This document shows, one piece after another, positions 40,747 to 53,266 of a stretch of 64,000 nucleotides of DNA. The stretch is from Octopus vulgaris. Lineage: Eukaryota. Below the pieces are notes generated by a model. It saw only the letters and a program-made list of their open reading frames with translations. It was not told the DNA's origin and ran no database searches. The stretch lies in NCBI GenBank assembly GCA_951406725.2, contig OX597820.1, forward strand, positions 84,010,001-84,074,000, read 5' to 3'. Positions within the stretch are counted from its first letter, which is position 1. Each line of letters begins with the position of its first letter. The position numbers and the translations under genes were made by a program.

Positions 40747-41766
40747 TTCTATTTATATATCCTTGTGTTTATTTTGCATATGGCACATACCTGCTGGCGC
40801 AGTGGAAGGCGATATAAAATACCCACTAATACCAAGCCTATTCGGTAACGTAACTCAGATGGCGCCAATTTATTGCCCGGAATATGTGTTCCGGGTTTAT
40901 AAGCTTTTACTCGCCATTTCATTTATGAAAAAGCCAATTAATTAGAGGAACAGAGGAAGCGGGGCGGCGTTTTAATCCCTTGTCAGCTAAACGTTTTTCA
41001 TCCCTCTTTCACACTATCTTTTCTCTATCTCTCAGCCTTTTTTTTTTCTTTCTCTGCCCCCTGTGTTCCTCAGTTTTTGTTTATTCTTCATGTTTCATTT
41101 CTGCACACACTTGACTGAATACAACTCACAATTTTATCTCTTTCTTTTGTTTCTCTTTCCTACTTCCTCTCAGTGTCCACCTGCGTTGATATGTAAATAA
41201 CAAAACTAACCTCTTCATAGTTCTTGCCTTCTATCGATACATCCATCAATTTAGTAGTTTGCAGGAATTCACAAGTACCACCCATTAATCCAGCAGATCA
41301 TTTTCATTGGTGTGGAATAATTAATATCCTGAATGCTAATGATTTGTAGGTAAGTGGTATTTCGCTATGCAGCCATAATACACTATAAAGTATATTAAAT
41401 GTTTTTATGCCAAGAGCATGTTCTACTGCGTTAGCAGTTCATTTTTGCATTATTTTTTTAAGGTTAATTCTAGAGAATATCTGTATAAATAACCTTAAAA
41501 TAATATCCTGAAGGGCACTCCTAAGTATATTAATGCAAAATTGCCTGAAGAAGTATGCATGTCGAATTAATGGACTCTCCTAGATCACATGGATACTATA
41601 AATAATATTTCATAACCTATGGATGCGGTGAGAGAGTCCCTTAAAAATCAGGCCATACAGAAACATATCTAGTACTTCATTAATAAAAATAAAAAAAACA
41701 TGCTTCCGCGAAATTCCTATCGTTATATATGTGTATATTTCATCATCAATATTATATATATGTATG

Positions 41767-41858
<92 letters not shown>

Positions 41859-42275
41859 AAAGAGTGGAATATAATTAATTTAATAAAATTAATCAATTTC
41901 ACCTAGTAGATTTATCGGTATGGAAAAGACCATATTTGGTAAGGGTTATAATAATTATAATTAAGGGTTAAATGCAACAAGTTGCTCAAAACCACATACC
42001 GAAAATATTAGAAATAGCAGCCAAAATTGATCACTATTTCCTCTACTAATAAAAAGTCTCCACAAACAAACAGAATTTGTAAGCTGTATATGGCAAAAAA
42101 GGTAGAAAATAACGAAATCCCAGCCTATGGATTAATTATAGACGACTCATTTATGGATTAGAACCGAAGGTTCATTTCCTTGTCAATATAATATTTCCTA
42201 TAGATCTAGAAATGCTATGTATGTATGTGTGCATGTATGCATTTATTAGTGATTATTGTTGCTTTGTAGAAACAG

Positions 42276-42670
<395 letters not shown>

Positions 42671-44759
42671 ACATTCTCTCATTTCCTGTTTTCTTCATTT
42701 TAAAATAAAGTATGGCACTTTAGAATTTACATCTTTATAGGCGGCATTTATGCTGGCGGTCAGTACTTTTAATTCACCGTATGATCTACCGGACTTCAAA
42801 CGTCTGTCACCGATTTGTCAAGTACTCTGAAATGCGTGCAATTTTCTATAAAGTCCTCTTGACCTCTGTTGATAAGTAAGATTCAAAGCCAAAGATTCAA
42901 ATGTCTGTATTATATTTTCTCACTCTGTCGTTCACGTAAAGGCAAAAAATATTCCTCCCTGGTAATATTTGAAGATGAAAGAGAATATATTCACACTGCC
43001 AGAAAGACATGATAATGATGAGAATTGAATTTGACCAAGTTCTTTTATTCGTTATGGAAATTTCATAAATTAGATGTGCAAGTAAATGTAAATGTGTGTG
43101 TGTGCGCGTGTGTGTGTGTGTGTGTATGTGTGTGTGTGTGCTGCAGGACGTAACTATTGAGTGTGCAGAATATGAAATAAAATGTTTTAAAGATAACGCT
43201 TTTAGTTATATAAATTTTAAAGGTTATTAACCACCACTGACAAGCTAAATATCAATAAACTACCAATTAAACAACTGCTAACAAAGTATCTTTTCTTTTG
43301 ATTTTATTTATTTATTTTGGAAAATGAAAGCATAAATATAAAGTTTCTAATTATTTCAAAAAGCAAACCATTGAATTTATCAAGTAATAATACACATTCT
43401 TGTCTGTTTGATCACACTAAAACTAACTTAGTTGTATATAAATAATAAATGTGTTACATCTTATTATATATATGTAATTCAAATAAACAATTGAATTATT
43501 TCAAATTTATTTCGTCTGTAAATTAGGCGTTATTTTAAAACTTAATATTAATGTGATTAATTTGTTTAAGCTCCATGCCGTTGCAGAAATTAACGTAATA
43601 AAATTATAAATGTTACGTGTATCGACATTATTTGAATTTATTCACGGTTCAAACATATACCTTTTAGAATCACTTGTTACTACAGTGGGTAAGAAGCAAG
43701 GGAGTATATAATAGTAATTTCTAAGTTTTAAAGTGTTTAAACCCCCCCCCCCCATCATTCACTCATACTTTACCTAGGGAACAACAACCATGTGAAAGCT
43801 GGAGAGAAAGAAAGTTGTACTAGCACTCATTTACTAATCATTTTCAGTTGGAAAGGTGGAATGAGGTGTCATATTCAAGCGCTCAACGTAAAACTCCGTC
43901 TAGGGATCGAGCGCACAATTTTAAGATCTTGATCCCAAAACCTAAAGACAAGAGAGTATTCATCACCAAAGATGACATCTTTTATGCGTCTCTAAAATGA
44001 GTAAACGTTCATTTGAAAATTGTAGGTTCTATTAGTTCTAAAAGTGTGCATAATAGGTAGATGTTTTGCTGATTCTGTGGTTTACAAAATAAAACCTGCT
44101 AGAATTTCAACATCACTATCTACACATCTTTTTATACAAGTGAGTGAATCTCGGTGGTAAATGAACTCTTAGAAAGAGTAAACAAACCACACACGAATCA
44201 CTCCAAACTAATATAGCAAAAGGTCACTTGATAACGTAGCTCTAGAGAAATCGAAAACAACGAGATTCTTCTCAAAGTCTTATTGATCAGGGATAATCTG
44301 GATCTCGGTTAAAGCAACAAGAAAGACAAATTTTTAAAATATAAACAATATGGTTGGCAAAATATCTCATAAACTTTCCATTCAATTCACACCGCAAAAA
44401 ATATTACTGATTCAAAATAACTTAAGAGAATTTTCCCTTTTATCGCATAAGAACAAAGAATCAGAGACACACGTTTTATCTGAATAAATTATTGCAAGTT
44501 CACAACTAGGCTGTATTTGATAGTAATTCTGCTCCATCAGTTTGACTTATGGCTATACATAAACAAAAATGATGAGAGCAACAGTATTTGTTATTCTGTT
44601 CATACCACTCAATTTATCTATTTCAATATTTATTATACTCCCCCATGAATGTTACCTGGGCTTTGTAAGAATCAATGAAACATCCTTGAAACAATTCGAC
44701 AACATTAAATTTTTACGAGTTGTGACGACAAAAGTTATCAAATCCATGTTTGCAGAGGA

Positions 44760-45240
44760 TAAGGCTGTTCTCAATGAGATACAACAGATATTGCAGAATA
44801 ATCGTCTAACATTAAGACTGAAAATAGAGCTCTATGTATGGAAAGAGGACCGATGTAAATAACGATTTGTTAACTGGAACATCAAGACACAATGAAAAGG
44901 CGTTTCATTACTGCAGATATGATGTTTCTTTGAGGATTAGTGAAAACAAATCATACTAAGAGAGGTAAACATTGAAGTTCATACAAGGATTGGATTATCA
45001 TAAACGACCAAAAAACATTCTTGACGCAAAAAGTATGCAACAATCGAAGCTCAATGGATATCACATGAATTGAAAAATTCTAGAACAGTAGGGAAAAACT
45101 GAAAACAAAAATGATTGAAGTTAGGGAAGACATAGAGAAATACGGGATATTCGTACTAGCTGGTCATAAACATACTGATCCAGTAACTGCCTCACTTATA
45201 TGTAGGAAAGGAGTGTGTGGAGAGCCATGGTCACTGACGA
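44760..45240 (+). mobile_element. very degenerate RTE-like LINE 3' fragment
   Basis: NEIQQILQNNRLTLRLKIELYVW followed by a broken CETW-like segment (gtttgttaactggaac-like). Confidence 0.4.
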
Positions 45241-45736
45241 ATTCAGGCATGGAAAATAAGGTTGTACATGTATTCATTTTTTATAAATATGATTTAATAC
45301 GAAACATGAATCTCTGTAGAGAACGGTTCGTATGACCTATTGTTTTAGAAAATAGTGATTATAGAAATACACACATATGGGAACATATTTCCACACATAT
45401 GAGGCGCTTTCATCGAAAGGATTTTGCATTCTTTTTTTTATTCTTTGTTTCTTTCTAGTTTATATGATTATCGAGTGAAATTATTTCCGTCCATTGACCA
45501 AAGCTAGACTTGCTTAGCCCATTTAGTCTAGCTACACTTGCTTTAAATATTCACAGGCATTTTGCACCCGCTTCTTTGTAACAAACCATCTACTTTTATT
45601 GGCTTCATATGTCAATCGCTTCAATGAAGATTTGGAATCTCTTCAATGTTCTTTTCAATTCCTCCTTCACGTTATTTTATATGCTTGCTCAATTGCTTTT
45701 TCCCTTACTTTTCATTATTTACTTATGCATTTATTA

Positions 45737-45751
45737 AATAATAATAATGAT

Positions 45752-45813
<62 letters not shown>

Positions 45814-45830
45814 TAATAATGATAATGTTA
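45737..45830. repeat. (AAT)n microsatellite
   Basis: Directly visible. Confidence 0.95.
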
Positions 45831-46599
45831 TTATATAATAATTTAGAGAGTTTTGGTTCCGTTTTACTTCATAATACTAAAACTTTCGCTTACATTCTCT
45901 CTAGGCGCAACATAATCATAAGTTTCTTCTTTTGTGTATGTGTTTTTCTTTTCTTTTCCGAATTTTAATATTATAAAACTACTTGCTCGAGAACAGTATT
46001 TTCCGGTTGATGATAAGATTAGTAACGAAACCCGTAAAAAAAGTAAGGAAGTTTAGGTGTTTACATGTTAATCCAATTGTGTTCCTGTCTACATGTATAC
46101 AAAGATACATATACATGCATTTATAAACATACATACATAAATACATACTTACATCCATAGTCGGACGTGTGTAATTACTGGTTATATGAAGTCAACATAT
46201 CAAATATCGGAAAAGTTGAAATACAGAGTGCGATAAGATTACACACAAATATTTCCACATAGGTATCTAAGCATTACATATATTCCAACAAATATATATA
46301 AACGATACATACACCGTAAAATATTTATATAAACACTGCACTGTAACATTACACACATAAAGAAATAAGCCAAGTAACGTTTCAAAAAAATTCACGAAAA
46401 AAAGAAACACCACTCAATATGTACGTTTAAATACAATTCTAAGATTAAAGAAAATTTGAATGGAAAGATCACACAAGCTGTGAATGATTTTAAATTTAAT
46501 TCTGACAAAACGTTGTCCATTTTGAAAAACAAATACAAATATCAATGAATAGAAAAAATTCATCATGTTTATGTCTTCCCCGACTACAATCACACTATA

Positions 46600-48563
46600 C
46601 AGTGGAGTAACAATCTTAATAAGTATTTATATGAAGCATATATACAATATGACCAGAAATCTTTCGGATGTAATGCAAAGGCTAAAAAGTTTGTGGTTCT
46701 CCAAACATCCAATTTTTCTCCAAAATATTTAAATGAACAAGCAAAACGCATTATTTCATATAAATTGATACATCTAACGGAAATGTCTAATTCAAAGCAG
46801 TCTGGCACTATAAAACTATCCATTGAAGATAATCATCTCACTTCCTCTGATGAACAGAAAGAACGGTCAGCTAAATATAGTAGTAAACAACACACCAACA
46901 ATGTAGCTAAAAGATATTCCTATACTATTGTTGTGAAGAGAGTTACAATGCAAGTAGAACATGGACACATGAAATCTGCTCGTAGTGTGAAGGGCGACAA
47001 GTTATATTTTGTAAGCGAAATGTGACATTTCGAGATAAAATTTGCAAGGCGAAATTCTTCGACGTTAAAAATGCAACCGATCTATTCGATAACGAATGGT
47101 TAGAATTATTCGAATTATGGGGCTCCCCCAACATAAATCTCTGTTGTAAAAACGTAAATATCATATCTCTAAACTTAATTCGTTTGAAGTGTTAAAGAGA
47201 AATATTTTTAGAAAATATTTCCACAAATACTCTTGGACAAACTATGTCTATGCACGGAGACTGAGAACCTATGATCCAGGATACATATCGACAACGCTGG
47301 CCAGTGAACGGCGCATACTATCTAATGATTGAAGATAGCATTACAAAGTGGCCAGAGGTATGCAGATGTAGTAAATACACAGCAAAGACAACAATAAAAT
47401 TCCTACTCGACATATTTGTTCGATATGGTTTTCCAGACACGTTAGTTTCAGATAATGGAGCACAATTCACGGGAAATTTCTGCAAATTGCATAGCATAAA
47501 GCAAAACTTTACCCCGCCGTACCATCCGAGGTCAAATGGGCAGGTAGAAAGATTTATCGACACGTTCAAAAGAGATTTACAAAAAGCTAGGAACAAGCTC
47601 GATAATGACGTGGCACTAACGAAATTTTTGAGAGTAGATAGAATAACGCCAAATCCAAATACTAACTCAAGAAAGTCACCAGCAGAGTTAATCTTCGCGT
47701 GTAAAATAAGATCGATCTTCGATAAATTATTGCCAGGGAAAATACATATAAAGGAAATACAAAAATACATTTGAAAGATATACAAGAACTATTACAAAAC
47801 ATTTCGAATTAGGATATAAAGTTCATTTTCAAAATTAAAAAAATGGTAAAGGAGGTTGGGAGGACGGCTGTGTAAGCAAAAGATTAGGTAACATAATGTA
47901 TTTCATTAAAGAACAACGTTCGGAACATAATACATATTTTAACCAGTTAACGATAAGACAAACAGAAAAACAAAGGATATTACCGATTGAAGTATTCTAT
48001 GATATGTTTGAAGTGCCAGCACCGAGAGATAATGAACCCTGTAGTACTAGCTTCAAGAAACGAAAACACACTGAATATCTGGAAGTAATATCTAAAAGAA
48101 AAAGATATTAAATTTTCCGAAAGGAAAACAAAACAAAGAGTACTATCAAGAATGTTTAGTACAACGAACATATAAATGTGTAACGAACAATAATACTACC
48201 TTGAAAGTTGGATGACAATTAAGATATAACAGCTAAAAAAATAAAAAAAGAAGGAGAGGTGCTGGAAAGAAAAAAAAATAAAAGAAACTCCACTTGCTCA
48301 CGGCAGCAAAAGGGAGATTTTGTAATGAGAGTTACAACGTCTCCTTGCAAAAGATAAACTGCTCTGAGTAAAGTATAAATAGTAACGATCCGAGTGAATT
48401 CAGTGTTCGGTGTCGAGTGAAATTCGTGTTAGTTTGCAGTGAAGTCGGAAGGGGTCGGTTGTTTAGTTCATAGGGAATATTGGTTGTTATTTCGTAAACC
48501 GATTTGCTAGTTGATTACATTGTTTTTACTGTTGTCTGATTATCCTACTTATTGTACGTAACA
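46600..48563 (+). mobile_element. internally deleted Mag-like Ty3/Gypsy element: protease remnant, integrase, PPT and 3' LTR
   Basis: Integrase 47271-47774 (DSITKWPEV..FVRYGFPDTLVSDNGAQFT..TPPYHPRSNGQVERFIDTFKR..TPNPN..KSPAEL). The post-protease segment ELFELWG (~47100) lies directly before it, so RT and RNase H are missing. PPT aaaagaaggagagg ends at 48259; LTR tg(48260)...ca(48563) contains TATAAATA. Confidence 0.88.
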
Positions 48564-49000
48564 AATTACCTTACAACTCTACTAAGAGAAGTGCATCAAA
48601 AACTTGTGAGTGTCCTACAAGGGATCTGGAATTGTACGCTTCCACAGGCCCACAAGCTTAATTTGAATGACAGGCCGTATAACATCGGTATAAGGAAAGA
48701 ATCCGGTTAATTAGCAATATGGGCATTAAATGAAATAGCAAAAGCAGCTGAAGACCACATCGTCTAGAGGTGTGAAACTAACCTACGAAACAACTATTTT
48801 TTTTATATATTTGTCTCAGATATTATATAATTAGCTTATCGCAAAGAGCTTGAGCTACGCAATCAAAAACCAAGAACAAAGCCTGATCCTGTATGAGCAC
48901 TGTTGTATGGAAGTACAACACTCTTATTTGGCTGGCTCCTAATGGATTGTGTTACAATATAAATAGACATGCGCAGTGAGTAGGTAAGCTGTGTAAAGCC

Positions 49001-50646
49001 GCGAATTTTCGTTGTATTTGAAGGTCGGTCAGAGAGTGTTGGACTTAATTTTTTTGGTTCAATGTTGATTGTGAATTGATTATTACTGAATATTTCGGTT
49101 GTTTTTAATTCCATTGTATAATGGAGAATTTGAATACCTCGAGCCAGAGCTATGCAGCAGCGGCAACAGGTAGCGACAATATTGCCACGTTAACAGAGAC
49201 GTACGTAAAGGTAGAAACAGACAGAATTAAAGAATGTGGAAAATTGTCAACGAATCAAGGAACAGCGCAGTCTCTGGTCCTGTATAAGACTTTAAGATTG
49301 TCCACAGGAAAAATCGAAACCACGACGACTGAGAGTATAGCAAAAATGCTCAAAAATATTAAACACCTGACGACTTTTGTAACAAGAAGTTAGAAGTTCG
49401 GAGTGGTAGAAGTCAGGTTCGCATCAGAGGAAGTAGCAGCAGAGCATGCAGTAGACGCGATTAGGAACGACGAATGAGCTTTCTTACCGAGTTACCGCGG
49501 AAAAAGAATGGCGAGATTAAGGGCGTGTAAAACCCCACCCGAATATAACGAAACGTGGATTATGGCGGCAGTCTTATTCCACATGATACAGAGTCCGAAA
49601 ATATTTAAGGCAACAAGAACGCTAGAGGTGGACGTTTGGGCATACGGGCTAGAAATGAAATTTCAAACCACCCTGGAAGACCTGAATTCCATAACTGAAG
49701 AAATAATATTGCCCGAAGGAAACAAGGTGAATGTGGTAGTAGAGGGCAGACCGTTGAAATGTTTTTTGTGTGAGAAAAAGAGGACACAAAAAAGGGACAG
49801 CCCTCGAAGCAAGGAAAAAGTGAGGGAGGAGAGTTCAACGTAGAGACATGCAACCGTGGAGGAGTGCGAAAAGGAAGCTGAGAAAGTGGATACAGAGGAG
49901 GAATTCGTAGAGGTGAAACTGCGGCAAAGAGAATGTAGAAGAGCTTCTCCACCGGAGAAGCTGAAAAAGATAAAAAAGAGGCGATGGGAAGTAATGGAGA
50001 TAAAATAGTGACAAAAAAGACAGAAGAGGAAAGTTTGAAAGTGTCTCCTCTGAAAGTGAGGTTGAAGAGGGGTGAAGAAAAAAGGAATGAAGGAGTAAAA
50101 TAAATGAAGGAGTAATCACGGGTAGAAATACCTAAGGTTTACAGCAACGATGGAACTAAAGCAATAGTAATAGAACCGAATTGCTATGAGGAGTTTTAAA
50201 AAAAAGGTGCGACTTAGGAAAGGTACAGTTTAAAGTCGAGTTTGAAAAGTTGGAACCAGTAATCAACTGGGATGACGTGATAACATTAATAAAGGACTGT
50301 CTTTTACATAGCTCTCAATCAATTGATAGCGAGTAATAATACTTTTAATTAGAAAGTCAATGCTTCAGGAATCCGATGTGGACCGCTGGAGAATATACAG
50401 CTTGGCGACTAGCAATGGTATGTTATATGTTAATTAATTGTGATTTAAATACAGAATAATAATGGACTGTAAATAAGATTAATAGTACTGCATGTGGTGA
50501 GATGCGCATACAGCCATTCATAATTTCATTATTATATAATCATCTCATTCATATTCGTTCTATGTATTGTCTCCTCTTTGGTGTCCTGTCTGTTCTTGTT
50601 TGTCCCCCCTATATTTTGAGCACTTGTGGCTATAATAAAGAAATGG
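49001..50646 (+). mobile_element. ORF1-only non-autonomous retroelement, unit 1 (pseudogenised gag/ORF1-like Zn-knuckle protein)
   Basis: One frame from ATG 49121 read through stops: SYAAAA...VEVRFASEEVA...FLPSYRGKRMAR...VVVEGRPLKCFLC; charged tail; C-terminal LEPVINWDDV; LINE/SINE-type 3' tail at 50590-50645; no RT. Confidence 0.8.
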
Positions 50647-50660
50647 AGCTGTGCAAGGCC

Positions 50661-52381
50661 GCGAGTAGTTGTATTTGAGTTCTCTCCATGTGAGTTTTGT
50701 TGTATTGTATTGTTAATTTATTGAAAAGTTGAACTGTATTTTGACTGGAATTGTTGGAATTGTTGTTTAATGGCTTTTATTTTTCTTCCCAATTTATGGG
50801 TGAAGTTATGAATAATACTGTTAAGGAAAGTAAACCAGCAGGGAGTTACGCTGCGGTGGCCGACAAATGCCTGTCAATAGATGTACTGCAGTTCCATTAA
50901 ATCGAATTAAAGGAGAATTTTAAAAAATGTAACAGTTTGCTGAAGAAGGAAGGGGACAACCTGAGGTTGATGACCCCTAAACTAATACTTAAAAAACTGA
51001 AAAAGGACAATTATTTATAGAACGTTGAATGTGACAACGGAAAATAGTGAAGTAGCAGCGGAGGAAGCGGTAGAGGAATATCGACAAGAGACAAAAATAT
51101 GACGACATATTACACGAGGGGAAAAATACTGCACGGTGGAAGTACGCTTCGTAAGCGAAGAAGTAGCAAGGAAATACTCCACTGTGCCTTTACGATCAGC
51201 CGAGTGGGCATTGTTTCCTACTTACTGTGGCAAACGTGCGGCCAGAGTAATAATCGGTAGAGTGCCCAAGAAATTGAAGTGGTATGGCTGGTGGCAGCCA
51301 TCCTCTATAACACAGAGGAAGATTCTGATGTGTTAAAGATATCGAGAATGACGGAAGTGAACTAATAGGGGTTTGGACTGCAGGTGTCGGTCCATATCAG
51401 CCTGCCTGACCTTCACAAAATTGCGGAAGAGCTGGTGCTACCAGATGAGACAACATTAAGGATCGTCGTAGAAGGGAGACCTCCAGTATGTTATTTATGT
51501 TGAGTAAGGAGGGCACATGAAAGCAAAGTGTCCCCAGAAACCTGAACAGGAGGAGGCAGAGAAGGCGAGCCAGGAAGAAGAGGGCGCAACTACTGAGGAG
51601 GAGGAACTAGTGGAAAATATACAGTGGTAGAAAGAGGAGTAACGTAGAATCTCCACCTAAAAAGGAAACAAAGGCAGAGGTGAACAAGAACGAGAATAGA
51701 AAGACTGAGGAGCTAATTGAGGAACGAACACAAAGACCGTTGCCTTCTACTAGGAAGGAGAAGGAAGGGCGGAATAAGAAGCGACATGAAAGTGAGAAGG
51801 AACGGCGGAAGAAGAAGAGACATGTAAGTGAATACCAGAAACAGAGGAAGAGAGTGGTGAGGTACAGCACCGAAGGAGTAATATGAAAGAATTGATTCAT
51901 TACAAAAAGAGTGTAGAGATGGAAAAGAAAATTTCAAAAATGAAACATATATTAAGGGTTAAACTGGCTGACAGAGAGGAAAACGGAGATGAGAAAGCGG
52001 TGCTGTTGGAGGAAGAGAGAACAAGAAGGTTGCAGGAAATATTTGGCGATAGGATAGTGATGACAGGAATTCGATTTGGTTACGATGATTTGCCACCAGT
52101 GGTAATATTTGATGATTTGACGAAATTTTTGTTGTGACATTGCGTAGATTTTTAAACAAAAGGAAAACTAACAAAATACAATATTGATAAGTACAAACTT
52201 TATTTAAAAAACAGTCAAATGGAAATACCTGCTTTGCGGGTTATGAAAGCCATTTCATTCTCGTTTCATTTATATTCATAATTCATTCGTTGTATTTTTT
52301 ATGTACCCCAGTTGTTTTGTTTTGTCCGTCCTTGTGGTGTCCCCTCTCTATAAAGGCCATGCGTCTAAATAAAAGAAATAG
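50661..52381 (+). mobile_element. ORF1-only non-autonomous retroelement, unit 2 (diverged paralog of unit 1)
   Basis: From ATG ~50796: SYAAVA...VEVRFVSEEVA...LFPTYCGKRAAR...IVVEGRPPVCYLC*..GHMKAKCP (CCHC knuckle); charged tail; LPPVVIFDDLTKFLL* (52137); 3' tail at 52326-52380; no RT. Confidence 0.8.
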
Positions 52382-52606
52382 AGCTGTGTAAAGCCAGGTG
52401 TTGTGTATTGTCGTGTGTATTTACAAGTATTGTGTATCTTGAATAGAACGATTTGCGTAGGCGTTATCGATTATCCCGTTATATCGTACGTCGAACGTGC
52501 GATACAAGAGTGGTGACGAGTGTTCAGACCATATCGCCACAGTGGCGTCGATGTTTCGTACAGAACAGAGGATTCGAACAATACTGAAACTGAACATAAT
52601 ACCGAA

Positions 52607-53201
52607 ATGGAAGGATTATTGAAAGCAGTCGTAAAATAACAAGAACAGCAGCAACAAGAACAGAAGTTAAAACATTTACTACTGTGGTCGACAGAATCAT
52701 TTTCACCGGACGGTGTTGCAAACTCCATCGAATAATTTCAGTACAAACCTGATGATGGAACTAACTTTACCGCGTATTAAAGACGATACGAGGACATATT
52801 CAGAGAGGAATGCGAAGGATGGTCTTGTGAAAAGTAGGTAACGCTCCCGGAACTCGAAAGTTTTCGTAACTTTATTTTACCAAGAAAGCCCGCGGAATTG
52901 TACTTTGATGAAACGATAAATATTTTGACTTTAGCGAAAAATTTCGCTGTTTAACATTCGGTGGGAATGTTTAGATTTAAAGAAGAATGAGTCCGACTTT
53001 GTAATATACGCTAGTTTAAGCCTAGAGAATTAATGCCATATATATTCGTTAAGGGGTTTGTGGTAACGGAAAACGCGGAAATTAGAAAAAAGAATATTAT
53101 CAAAGTTGAATCAAGATGTTGAACTAACCTTGAAAAAAGTGGCTGAAGTATGCCAACATATAATAAAACTTCGAGAAGATACAAGAGAAATAGAAAACAA
53201 C

Positions 53202-53266
<65 letters not shown>

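Noticed and set aside
40946-41071. Short inverted repeat (gaggaacagagg / cctgtgttcctc)
   Set aside because: Only ~12 bp and imperfect, with no TSD or second copy in the window.
48987-52395. CRISPR-like or simple tandem-duplication explanation for the three 14-bp repeats
   Set aside because: Spacers are ~1.7 kb coding units in a eukaryotic LTR, and the two units are too divergent for a local duplication.
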